A DNA stretch of 63,711 nt, the filler included, from Octopus bimaculoides (Eukaryota): assembly GCF_001194135.2 (NCBI RefSeq). It is 6 parts of 5 records of this genome, joined end to end, with 100 filler letters (N's around TTAATTAATTAA, not from the genome) between each part and the next. Parts side by side here need not be neighbours in the genome. Positions count along the whole stretch, not along the records: positions 26,588 to 44,232 come from NC_068991.1; 5 more parts are not named here. One strand, 5' to 3'. The position numbers and the translations under genes were made by a program. Every line of letters begins with the position of its first letter. The first letter of the stretch is position 1. The notes below the pieces were generated by a model. That model was not told the DNA's origin. It saw only the letters and a program-made list of their open reading frames with translations, and ran no database searches. Shown here in pieces: positions 27,250 to 40,109 of this stretch.

Positions 27250-27840
27250 GTCATTTCAAGTTAGTGATCGCAGAGATGTCATCATGTGTACAGCCAACTA
27301 GATCTGCCAGTGTTTTCCATTGGTGGCGGTCCCGTGCCAACCCCTCTGTATCCTCTAAGATGACGTTGAGTTTCTGGTGATCTTCCCCAATTACATCCAG
27401 CCATCTGGTGTGTGTGTGGGGGGCTACCATGAGGCCTCTTCCAGCCTGCAGCTGCTGCATCAAATGAGAGTAAATCTTTGGCAGGGTGACCTGGCAGGAA
27501 ATGGAGGACATGTCCATACTAGTGCATGCAATGGGTAGCTACAAGTTGGGAGGCTACAGGTGATGTGTGCGCACACGGTTTTTTGTTGGAAACATGATGG
27601 TATCATTTGATGTTTACAATGGTTCTCAGGGCTCTGCTATTGAAGCCGTCGATCCTCTTTACCTGAGACTTCGAGAGGGGTTACGTTTCTGCTCCATAAA
27701 GGAGAACAGAGGGGACTAATGTGTTGTAGATGCGGAGTTTCATCTTGCAGTAGATAGAGCAGTAGCGCCAAAGATGCTTTCATAGGGCGTACATGACCCC
27801 AGCGGCCAGACCACATTTGCGGGAGTCCACTTTGTTTTTC
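27250..27840 (-). mobile_element. RTE-like LINE 3' fragment (different subfamily)
   Basis: KMKLRIYNTLVPSVLLYGAET...RIDGFNSRALRTI...TRWLDVIGED...LARDRHQWK. Confidence 0.8.
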
Positions 27841-29839
27841 ATTTCTCTGGAACTTATAAATTAAGCATCAGTCATGTTGTGGGAGTGATTTCCAGAGTCA
27901 ACTTTTCCTTTCTTCAAATTTTAAGGAATTGTGCTATGACGAAACCTTTAAAAAAACAGGCCAGTGAATCAACAAAAATAGTTAGACAAAATGCCACGTG
28001 GTATTCAACTCTCCAAGTTCAAATCCTATCAAAGTCAACTTTGCATTTCATTCTTTCGAGCTCTATAAAATAAGCATCATAGTATTTTGACTGTGTAGAT
28101 GTTTTAGAAGGAACCTCAACCAAAACAGGAATTGAAAATTACAGCGGAGAGTTATTTCCCTTCTGTAATGTTGTTCTTGCTTATCTCCCTTGAATCAATA
28201 TTCCCTCTGGTATATTTTCTTGGTGTAATTTTTTGTTCGATAATATCTGTGGTCTGTAGTTTAATGATAACTGAAACAAATTATAAATTTCATTCACATG
28301 CACAGAAAAACCTCGAACTTTTGTAAAAATGTTAATGATATGTGACACAAATTATAAATTTCGTTCACTTAAACAACAAAGCCGCGAACTTTTGTTGACG
28401 TTAATGTAATTAAATCGGTCCAATATAAAGATCCTCATCTGTTAACGAAAACATTAAAAAACCCAGCTTGCTGGATATTAAACGAATACAAAAACAAAGA
28501 TTTGTGCAAACGAACCTGAATTGGAGGGGGGGGGGGACTTTCAGAAAATCCACAAGATCCGATTTTTCCCTCATAACTTTCAAGAAAATGGATATATATT
28601 GACTTTTTTTTACGGAATCCCACGTTTTCGGCTATGGAGAATCCGATTCTGGAAATTTTTTTTCAAAAATCGCAAATTCAAAATTTTAAAAGGGCTTGCT
28701 GTTGTATCTTCACTCATATTTTTTGTAACTTTCAAAAAAAAATAAATAAATAAAAAAGAACACTTTAATTTCACATGAATTACTTTGTCATATTATTGTT
28801 GGAAATTACTCTGAAAAAAAAAAAAATCATTGCAGAAACGTAAGTGGATTGATTACATATTTCTTTCATTATGTTATCGTAGTTTTATGAGATTTGGCTG
28901 TTATTTCTAGCATGTGGATAGCCTTCTTGAAGGCCAAGGCCAAAGAATTGAGAGGGGAGGGTGTTGGAGTTTTTTGTTTTTTTTTCAGCATGTATCCATT
29001 TTCCTGAAGGTTGTGAGGGAAAGATTGGATCTTGTGAAATTTCCGAAAGTCCTCACTCCCTCTCCAGGTTCATTTGTGCAATTTTTTTTTCATATTAGTT
29101 TTCTACACAGTTGTTAACACCCAGCAGGCTGGTTTTTGTTTTGTTTTCATTAATGGGTGAGAATCTTTATATTGACCATTAAATCTATTCAAGTACCTGT
29201 CTTATACATATATAGTTGGATAGGTTGTATTCCATCTAATGTGACTACTCAGAAGGCTGTAATATCATTTGACAAGAACACAGTATAAAGAAGTACATGG
29301 AACAAGGTGGTAACTTTAAATGTCTTTAATGCTGGCCATGCGTATATATACAAGCTGAATGATAAATGGAAATGTTTGATGGACAGTTGATGTCCTGAAA
29401 AAACGTTTCTTGTTCTTTTCGTCACATTTGCAACAGTTCTCTAACTGTGACAACTTAATGACTGACATATATTACAAATGACAGAGCATTTTGTTCAATT
29501 TCCTTAAAACAGCAAGTAAATCTTCCTAATAACACGCTCTACTTTTTGTGGATAATGTTGTTCTTAATATACTGGTGTAATGGCAACAGCTGGGATGCTT
29601 CTGAAGATAATTCTACTCAACCTTGGCTGAAACAACAACAGTTGTAACCCATGAACTACTTTACATGGTCGGTCATTCTGCGAGAAATAGCTGCCAAATA
29701 TTCCTCAAATCATATCCAACTGTCTTAACAGATACTGGATAATATCATAGATACTATGTCAGATGGGACGGTCAAGATTTGAACACCTTTCACTACAGTT
29801 CTATTCATAATGGCTGCACCAAACTGGTAGATAAGTGAG

Positions 29840-30260
29840 CACACTGCTACACCATTAGTACCCAGGTGATCATACTGATACCTAGGTGACCATACTACTA
29901 CACTGGTGATCATAAAGTTACCTTGGTGACCACACTGGTACCTAGGTAACCAAACTAGTACATTGGTGAGAGCACTGATACCTCATTGATGACAATGAGA
30001 CCTTAGTGACCATACAGGTATGTAAGTAACTGCACTTTGACCTAGGTAACCATACTCGTATCTTAGTGGCCACACTAGTACTTAGATGATCACACTGGCA
30101 CTGTGGTGACCACACTTGTATTGAGGTGATCATACTGGTACCTTGATCACCACACTGGTACATTGGTGAACATACTGGTATCCCAGAGATTGCACTGTAT
30201 CTAGGTGACCAAACTAGTACCTTGATAAGCACTATGGTACATTGATAACTACATTGGTCT
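29840..30260. repeat. Minisatellite, ~20-bp unit (approximate consensus GGTACCTAGGTGACCACACT), ~20 copies
   Basis: Recurrent ggtgaccacact/ggtgatcatact/ggtacc units read directly. Confidence 0.85.
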
Positions 30261-30284
30261 TTTCAGAAATTTTTCCTAAATATT

Positions 30285-30740
30285 TTTATTGAATACATAC
30301 AAACCCTATTTGATTCCAGAATCAACGTTTCTACTGGAGGAATTTCAACCATGTTTCGTGGTCTGCTACCACAACAGCTCCTTTATAGGATCCAGTTAGC
30401 TCAATACATCATCAGGAGGAACCACGTCCGGTTTTGGCCCCTACTCCTCTACCGTTTTGACGTGGTGGAGCCCCGCCTTTCGGAGGTGTCTTCAGCTCTG
30501 GTGTTGGGTGCATGTCTTCTTTCTTCTATTCCCTGGCCTCTTCGATGCAGCATCAACGAGTGTCAGCGTCCGACTGATTGTCATGTCAAATTCCCCTTTT
30601 TATACCTGCTACTAGGCTCCAGCAGGCTGCCCCAGCAAGTTGTCACGTGACACTGTCTAAATTTCCCGCTGCTAGGGTCCAGTAGGCAGCCCCAGCAAGT
30701 TGTCACATGACACTGTCTAAACTTCCCGCTGCTAGTCTCA
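30285..30740 (-). mobile_element. Solo-LTR-like segment
   Basis: On the minus strand: TG start, a 60-bp tandem duplication with GTCACGTGAC, GGTATAAAAAGG (TATA-like) and a downstream AATAAA. No internal domains or second LTR were seen. Confidence 0.4.
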
Positions 30741-32813
30741 ACTTAATTCTGTTTCTTCACTCCAGTAATAAAGTAGTTTCATAACTACATCCCCTGTTTC
30801 TCTATATAGTTAATTACCTATTGGAGACAGCCAAATCTCCCTCAAACCACACATTACCATCTTAAATATTTCATTATTGGTTAAGAGTAACAGAAAGAGC
30901 TGTGCTCATGTCATTTGCAGGGCTTACTTAAACAAGTGAAATTGAGTCTGTTAATGTGTAACTTGTTGTAAACTGATGACGACAGGGAAAAGAATAAAGA
31001 AAGGTATTTCAACAACGATCCCATTATACAAAAAGATAATGTGTGTGTGTGTGTGCATAGATAGATAGATAGATATAACATATAATCCATCATCATCAGG
31101 TAAAATTTTAAACAGCTGAGATATCTTACATGAACCTGAACAAATTCAGTATCAGTTGGATCAGTGGCTCATTCAGATTTAACATTCTAATATATAGAAG
31201 AATTCTCTCATATATATGGTCTGCAACATAAAGTGCATGAAGGGGGACTATAAGAACCAGAATACAACGTACATTGAGGAGACTTCTAGGAGTTTAGCAG
31301 AGAGACTAAATGTACATTGATGGAAGTATGATGACAGGTAACAGTTGGCTCAGTCAGCATGCCAGAGATCAACATAGTGACATGCTGAGCCAAATCAGCA
31401 TCAATATTTTGTCTAAACACCTGAGAGACCCATCACTTTGACAGATACACATGTCTGTTCTTATAAATGAGACATTAATAGTACTGAATAGAAAATAACC
31501 ATAGTAGACGGCAGAACTATAACACCACTGTTACCACTCACTCGTTATTCATATACGGATGCATCTATGTGGCAGGCATGCATGTGGTGGTATAGGCAAG
31601 TATATAGGGTTAGAATGACAGCAGGGTGCATGAAAATTTACACAAATAAATATATTTAAATAGGTACTATTCTAATACACATTCATACACATCCATGCTC
31701 ACACTCATGTGCAAGCACATAGATATATGTAGGTACAGATGAAGTAGGAGTGGAATGACAGTAGGATACAAGGAATTCCAAACAAATAAATATGTGTAGT
31801 AATGAACAATTCTAATACACATCCACATGCATGTGCTGACAGGCACACACACACACACACGAACATACAGACACAAACACATGCACACACATACACAAAA
31901 CACAGACACACACTGCAACACAAGCATACACACCACACATATACATGTACATGCATACGCTCACACTAACAAGTACAGGCACATGTACACACAGACATGC
32001 ACAAGCACATGCAAATATGAATCCATGGGAACACATGCATACACACAGATGCTTACTTATTTTTAAAAAACCCATCAGACCACATGCATACTGAAATGCA
32101 CTCCCATAAGCAAACACTCACATGTTCACACACACACACACACACACAGAACTGATTCAACCACATGAATACACAAACTTAAACACACTCACACATGCAT
32201 GTGCACACCCATCCACACCCACACACATGTACAGGTGCATGTAGATGCTCACACATACACCTACCAATGTTAGGAACTACACCCATAAATCTTTATGGGA
32301 AGACAAGCAATATCCCAGCAGATCTGAGACCAAGCTAATCTTGAACAAAAGGTTGAACCCTTAGAGGGGTCATGGATGGCTAATGCTCACACACTCACAA
32401 ACTCACATACAAAGCAGTCATGTTGGTGTACACAAACAACACACACGAACATGCGCATACACACAGAAACTTTTCTTTTACTCAAACCCTTACTTTCTCT
32501 TCTAAGCAAACACACACCTATGTATAGACACACACAGGGATACATACAATTCTCAGAGCAGATCTTGAAGAGAGAGGACAAGTTATTGAAAAGGTTGCGA
32601 AGAACTACAAAAGGACTCTTACAAAGAAACAACTGTTCGATTGTTTAACTAGCATTTTGAAGAAGTGATAGTGAACCAGTGCATGTTATTGTTATTGGTG
32701 TAATAGCCTACACCCCCAAGATGCAACAAAATTGACTTCAGCATAAGAATTCACATCAAGAATCTTGCAAACCAAATACAAAAATGAAGTGTGTATATAT
32801 ATATATATATATC

Positions 32814-34121
32814 TTGGGTCATCCCATAAATAATGCGGTTTTTTCAATTGCATGAACTAAAAGTCGGAGGGGGACAGGATAAATTACCTGCATCAACTTG
32901 CTATAAAAGCAGGTAGCAATTTTATCTTGTACTTATTCTTAGTGCAAGTTTTGAAGAGTGCAGTTCGATTTTAACAGTTACTTTTTCAAAGCTATAATGG
33001 AAGTGGTAAAGGAGCATATTTGGCATATTTTGCTTTATGAGTTCAATAATAGCAACAACGCAACAGAAAGTGCAAAGAATATTAATGCAGTATATGGTGT
33101 TCAGACAATAAATGTAAGCCAGTGTCAACGGTAGTTCTAGAAATTCCAAGCCGGAAACTCCAGCCTAGAAGACAAGCCTTGTCCTGGAAGAGCTGTGGAG
33201 CTCAACAAGGGCGTCCTGTAAACCCTGGTGGAACAAAATCCCATTGTAACTGTTGAGGAACTAGCAGAGAAGCTTTGATTTGGTCATTCAACCATTCATC
33301 GACACCTGCGTGCCATCGGAAAAGTCAGCAAATTAGGTCAGTGCATTCTTCACAAACTTTCTGAGTCTAATTGTGCACAGAAAGTAAATGTGTGCTCTTT
33401 GCAGTCATGTCTCACGAACGAACGAACCTTTTTTTTGGACCAAATTAGTGACTGGTGACAAGAAATGGGTTCTCTATAAAAATGTCCAGCACCGAAGACA
33501 GTGGGTAGGGAAGAAGAAACACCAGTGCCCCATAAGGTGTTGTTATCTTTTTGGTGGGATAGCAAAGGTTTAGTCCACTTTCAACTTTTAAACCCAAATC
33601 AAACAATAACAAAGGAGATCTACTACAAGCAGCTTGAGTGGCTTAAGTCAGCACTAGAAGAAAAACGACCATCTTTAGTTTCAAGACGAAAGGTNNNNNN
33701 NNNNCGACCATCTTTAGTTTCAAGACGAAAGGTGTTCTTCCATCAGGATAATGCTCGGCCACATACAGCAAGGATGACATTCCAAAGGCTGGACAAGTTT
33801 GAATGGGAAACGATGCCCTAACCACCATATTCATCAGACATTGCTCCTTCTGATTATCATTTATTCCACAGTCTTCAAAATCATTTGTCGGAAAAAATAT
33901 GAATTCTGTAGATGAGGTCAGAACAGTAACGGAGGAGTATTTTTCATCACAGACTAGTGAATTTTGGAAGAGGGGCCTTGCAAGTCTACTAGATAGAGGG
34001 AATAGCATTGTAGAAAATGAAGGAGAGTATATTTTAGATTAAAAATGAACTTTTGTTTATCGTAATTTTGAATAATAAAAGAAGTATAAAAAAAAAACGC
34101 TCTATTTATGGAATGACCCAA
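32814..34121 (+). mobile_element. Near full-length mariner (D,D34D-type) DNA transposon with inactivated transposase
   Basis: ~30-bp TIRs ttgggtcatcccataaataatgcggttttt and aaaaaacgctctatttatggaatgacccaa followed by TA; 1.3 kb long; motifs VTGDKKWVLY, FHQDNARPH and PYSSDIAPSDYHLF; stops and frameshifts. Confidence 0.96.
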
Positions 34122-36624
34122 TACACACACACATATATATATATACATATAATTAGGTTATAAGGATACAATAGAATCTAGGCATATCAACATGTAGGAC
34201 ACCATAATGGCTAAGTATAACATAGAGCTCATTGTCAGGTAAACAACATTGAATACATCAAGTGTTGTTTGGATATTGTAGATGTGCATGTACCAAATCC
34301 AATTTAAACCATAGATCTTACTCAGGGGTTGGTCATTGATCACAGTGGGCTGAGAAAGTGATTTCATGATTATTTGGTAATAAATTAGTAGGAAATTAGC
34401 CCCATCATAAATTAGCCCCTGATGAAGCATTGCTCATTTTTCTGAAAATTTCTGGGTTTACTGGAATCATTGGTCTGGTTCCAAATCTCCATAAATTTGA
34501 TGGTCAACGTTTCCTTTTGCATTTGAGGCCTCAAATACCGAAATGAGTATAATTTGGACTAAAATGAAGAATAAATATAATTTACCATAAAGATGACTTA
34601 CTTAAACACATTACAACATCATCTTGTTAAATAAATGGTCATCAGATGTTACAACAGTACTATCTGCAAAAAAGTTTCACACCCCAAAGTTTTCCTCTTA
34701 CCCTCTGGATATAAATTTGAAATCTATATTTTCTTACATTGGCATGTCAGATTTTTTGGGGATTGAGTTCATTTGAAAGCTTATTAAATGTACTTTAATA
34801 AATATATATGGTTTGTGTGTGATGCATGAAGTGCAAAAACAGATTTTGATGTTGAATCCTAACATAGAGCGAGAAATCATTGAAAAAACATGCAAAACTT
34901 TTGGATCTTTTTCCATTATTTGGCTGTAATTACAAGGATAACTTACGATTAAGAGGCTATTTTCATTGATTTTTCCATCACTTCAGACACTTAGCAAGGA
35001 GGTGTAATAGGCTTAGTATGTTATTTTCAGATTTAGGGAGAAAATAGACAGACACTATCAGCCAGACTTCTATTTTTTCTGTGCTTAACTGGTCCTTCTC
35101 CATTTCCAGGTGTAGCGCCAATGCCAATCCATCAAGGCACAATGGTATGAAACTTGCTAGGTCATCTATACTATGGAGTTTTACCACCAACTTAATTTGT
35201 TTTCAACTAAGTGGTGACATCTCCCTCACCGCAAGATGGCCTAACCATCTCGTTCGAAATTTTTTTTTTTTTTTTGAGCCAAAATAACTTGTGATGTGAA
35301 GGAGGAAAAGACAGAAACAGAGAGAGAATTACGGTGGTCTTACCTGTCTATGTGGAAGGGGTCACTCACAGCATCCACGTGCTCAGTCTGCCACTGTACT
35401 GTCTAACAGGTCTACTCTCATACGCTGTCCGCTGCCAACTGACTGCTCATGCCTCGCTGACCCTGCAAGCCCACTGTGGTCTTACCGGTGGGGCCTGCAG
35501 GCCCCACTTCCGACAGGACATGCATACTCCTTCACTTCCGGTCCATCTCTCCAACACAGCCTGGCTCATAATACCATATTTACAAATTTAAATATCCAGT
35601 ACTAGATAGTTTGGCATTATGGCGCTTGAACCCGCACAAGTCATTAATTTTCCTAAAAATTTTTTATTTATTAACTATTTTTGCACTGTGTCCAGCTCTA
35701 TGTAATTGTAGTCAGTCACACACACACGTATGTTTTTGTATGTACGTTTGTATACATTTACGTATGAGTGTGTGTTCGTGTGTGTGTGTGTAAGAGAGAG
35801 AGAGTAAGTGAAGGGGTGTGTTGTCATGTATATGTACATACATAAATACATATGCATACGTCTTTTTTGTATGTATCTGTGCGTGCGTGTGTGTGTGTGT
35901 GTGTGAGACAGAGAAAGTGATGTCTAAATGGACTAAATGGCACTCTCTCTTTTTCTCAAACACACACACACACACTTGTCTATTTCATATACAAGTACAT
36001 GCCTCTTTCACTTTAAAACAAGTAAATTAATAAACATTTTTTATGGAAATTAACGAACAGGCCAGCTGTTCATTTTGGCACTTCCGAGGGTTCAACCAAA
36101 AGAATGCCGATAGTTTTTAACAAGCTTTTATTTATACGATTTTTTCAATTCATATTTATTTCATTCATTGTTTGCAATGTTCTTTCTCCCACTCTCTTTC
36201 TTCATCTCTCCCCCGCACACACACACACATCTCTATTAACAGTTGTTTAAAAAATAACTTGTCAGCGTTCCCCTTCATCATATACACGAAAATCACATTT
36301 GGTTAAAATGGCTTATTGATGTGTTTTGTTTCTCTTTTTTTCCCTGACGAAATGATTGCATTATTTTACATCATTTTATTCCCTCCGGAATAATATCAAT
36401 GTTTTCTTCAAAACGTATGTTGGAAGTATAAAGATTTGAATAACACCTGCATTTGACTCCATTTTTTAATTTATCTGTGTTATACAAAAATATTTAATTT
36501 AGCCCTGGAATTTCTACCTTTATAAGAAGGCTGTAATATCCTTGGCACTTATGTGAATTTTTGCTACCCTGGTAACTATTTTTTTTTCCATGTTATTTAT
36601 ACACATTGAAAAAATACACACACA

Positions 36625-36935
36625 TATATATATAATAGAAATATTATTTCTAAATCTCTCAAAGAGAGATATACAGTAACAGCACCATAAAGGAATGCCC
36701 TTTGGCCAACATAATGTGGCAGTCCCAGAATGGGACGAATGCTACTGTTATTTAGCCCCAGAAAACATTGTTTCCAACTGGCTATATGACACAAAAAATT
36801 CTGCGTCCTTATATTTTCTAACAGGGGAGATCAGCACCTCCATCCAGCACAACTTCGCATCCATGGACAGGTTTCTGGGTTATTGCTCTTTATCAGCATG
36901 GAGTAACTTGGTTGGCTAGATGAAATCTTTATTAT
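36625..36935 (-). mobile_element. Tx1/L1-like LINE ORF2 fragment
   Basis: About 140 bp are highly similar to 40705-40832 of the zf-RVT-bearing fragment. Confidence 0.6.
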
Positions 36936-37269
36936 GCTCATTAAGATCTAAATACAGAAAGGACAATACAGGACAAGTAATACAAAAAAGTTAAAATGAG
37001 TTCAAATGAGGATAAAATTTAAATATATAATTAGATATCGATAACTTTAGACAAGAACTTTAAAATACAACTTAAATATAAAAAAAAGATACAAAAAAAA
37101 GAAAATAAAGAAAAGTGGATGCAAAGTTTAAATGATCGAACCTGGCAGCCAACAAGGCCCAGCAGCTAATTTTTCCTTTTATCGATGATTAAGCTGGGTT
37201 CCTGACACCCACCTTTCTCATCACATCCTTCCATTGTTTTTCATACTCTTTCAGCTGCAGAGTCGGATC

Positions 37270-38400
37270 TGTAGTGACGTCATTTGGCGCCAAAATACAG
37301 TCGCCATTACTGCGATTTCATCCACGCATGCGCAGGGAATAGTTCCGGAAGGAACACAGGAAGAGTCCCATGCGCATGCGTGGAATTCAACATCTAAACG
37401 TTCCCGCTCTTTTCATTCTTTTTCTCGGTCGGCCGGCCATGAGCATGGACGGGTCAAGCTGTCTCTCCAGCATCTCAACTCTGGGGACAGCTCATTCCAA
37501 CATTCCAACGTCTCAGCAACCATGCCTATTTCCTCCTTAAATAAATATTGTTGTGTTGATAGTTCGGAGTTCTGCGTTTCGTTGTTTCTACAGATTTAAT
37601 ATAGGAAAGCGGGTGTACACCTAATGATGTATAACTACTTTTCTATAATTGGTGNNNNNNNNNNNNNNNNNNNNNNNNNNNNNNNNNNNNNNNNNNNNNN
37701 NNNNNNNNNNNNNNNNNNNNNNNNNNNNNNNNNNNNNNNNNNNNNNNNNNNNNNNNNNNNNNNNNNNNNNNNNNNNNNNNNNNNNNNNNNNNNNNNNNNN
37801 NNNNNNNNGCTAAGACCTTTGTGGTTTTTCACACAAAAAACTTCATGGTTATTTCATCCTAACAACTTTTTGAGCAATTTCCTACATGTTTCACGAGATG
37901 TCAATTCATTCTTACACAGCGTCCTCTACTTGCTGAAAATAGCAGTAAAATACAGTTACATTTCACAATGCCACTAAACGGTACCTCTCAAATAGACGCC
38001 CTGTCCAATTTCTCTCTCCTGATACGCACCAACAGCTACCATCCCGCTTCTAATGGGATGGTTGAGCGTTTTCATAGGCAATTTAAGGCTGCCTTACACG
38101 CCTCGCCCAACCCGCAGTCTTGGGTTAAATTTCTTCAAGGTCGACGCTAATGGCCGTACAGAGATGGTGTCTGTCGACCGTCTGAAAAAGCGTACCTTTT
38201 CAAACACCACTGTCAACATCATTACCACCACACAGCAGCAGCAACAACAGTTCCAGTGACCACATCAACAGCTTCGTCCAGCCAAGCCTACCATCGCCGT
38301 CGCCATCAGCAACACGAGTCTACGACTACTACTGAGCATCGTCTTCGCCTCCAGCGTCAACACTACTTTCTATGTACACCAATCCAAACCACCGCGGCAC
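37270..38400 (+). mobile_element. Gypsy LTR retrotransposon remnant (CsRn1-like): putative 5' LTR, PBS start, internally deleted integrase
   Basis: TGTAG start at 37270, AATAAA at 37540, TGGTG at 37650 next to a gap; integrase SYHPASNGMVERFHRQFKAAL and GRTEMVSVDRLK, then a T/P/S-rich tail. Confidence 0.7.
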
Positions 38401-39631
38401 ATCTCTCTCTCTTCGATTCTGTTAGGTGTTTCATATTCACCACGATTAATAATAGACAAGAGAATTCAGCCAGCGACGAACATCTGTATAACAAGAACCC
38501 GGCCCGGCATCGAAGCCCCAACATCACAACAACTAGTGATCGCTCTGCCACACACAGCCTCAACTTCTTTCACATACAGACTTTTCCAATTGTGTACTCA
38601 ACAAACTGGTATAAATGCTCACGTGTTACTGACTCTTTTTCTATCTGCTGTATATAACGCATACACATACATGTATCACTCACACACACTCTNNNNNNNN
38701 NNNNNNNNNNNNNNNNNNNNNNNNNNNNNNNNNNNNNNNNNNNNNNNNNNNNNNNNNNNNNNNNNNNNNNNNNNNNNNNNNNNNNNNNNNNNNNNNNNNN
38801 NNNNNNNNNNNNNNNNNNNNNNNNNNNNNNNNNNNNNNNNNNNNNNNNNNNNNNNNNNNNNNNNNNNNNNNNNNNNNNNNNNNNNNNNNNNNNNNNNNNN
38901 NNNNNNNNNNNNNNNNNNNNNNNNNNNNNNNNNNNNNNNNNNNNNNNNNNNNNNNNNNNNNNNNNNNNNNNNNNNNNNNNNNNNNNNNNNNNNNNNNNNN
39001 NNNNNNNNNNNNNNNNNNNNNNNNNNNNNNNNNNNNNNNNNNNNNNNNNNNNNNNNNNNNNNNNNNNNNNNNNNNNNNNNNNNNNNNNNNNNNNNNNNNN
39101 NNNNNNNNNNNNNNNNNNNNNNNNNNNNNNNNNNNNNNNNNNNNNNNNNNNNNNNNNNNNNNNNNNNNNNNNNNNNNNNNNNNNNNNNNNNNNNNNNNNN
39201 NNNNNNNNNNNNNNNNNNNNNNNNNNNNNNNNNNNNNNNNNNNNNNNNNNNNNNNNNNNNNNNNNNNNNNNNNNNNNNNNNNNNNNNNNNNNNNNNNNNN
39301 NNNNNNNNNNNNNNNNNNNNNNNNNNNNNNNNNNNNNNNNNNNNNNNNNNNNNNNNNNNNNNNNNNNNNNNNNNNNNNNNNNNNNNNNNNNNNNNNNNNN
39401 NNNNNNNNNNNNNNNNNNNNNNNNNNNNNNNNNNNNNNNNNNNNNNNNNNNNNNNNNNNNNNNNNNNNNNNNNNNNNNNNNNNNNNNNNNNNNNNNNNNN
39501 NNNNNNNNNNNNNNNNNNNNNNNNNNNNNNNNNNNNNNNNNNNNNNNNNNNNNNNNNNNNNNNNNNNNNNNNNNTTACTCTTAGTCTTCTTAACAAAAAA
39601 AACCTACATCGCAAGTTATTCCATGTTAAAG

Positions 39632-39959
39632 TTGTCGTATTTCTGTGATTTCAACCAATCACTGACGTCTATTCAGCTGAATAGAGTTACTGCTGGGCGG
39701 TCATAAAAATGTTATTCCCTGTGACATATTTCATCCGGTTTAATCGTAATTTATACGCATATATTGTTTAAATTACGCTGTGCGTATCTCTGTGTGTAAC
39801 AATTTTAGAGTTCAGATTCTAGAGTTAGGGTTAGGATTAGGGTTAACAGTCTAGTTAGGGTTAGGGTTAGAAGATTAATACGATATACACCGTCACAGCG
39901 CTAACTGTTTTCAACTGAATAGACGTCAGTGATTAGTAGAAATTATCGAAATAAGACAA
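39632..39959. mobile_element. Non-autonomous TIR element (MITE-like) with internal (TTAGGG)n
   Basis: 50-bp inverted repeats at 39632-39681 and 39910-39959 (core 24/25 identical); TTAGGG units at 39825-39870. Confidence 0.8.
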
Positions 39960-40109
39960 TTTTTTACATGAAATAAATTCGAATACAAAAATTTTTTTCT
40001 GTTCTATAACACAAAATAGATAAATATACGAAGTTTGAAAGTCCTTCGGTACCAAAAACACTACATAAAACAAATGAAAACTGGTGCCCCCGTTTTGAAA
40101 TAGATCCGC

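Noticed and set aside
33667-33734. Direct duplication on both sides of a 10-N gap in the mariner
   Set aside because: Overlapping contig ends (negative gap), an assembly artefact.
34420-34860. Three minus-strand exon-like segments (34858-34738, 34663-34602, from 34558)
   Set aside because: The implied introns are 74 and 43 nt, the middle segment has stops in all frames, and such sites are expected by chance in AT-rich DNA.
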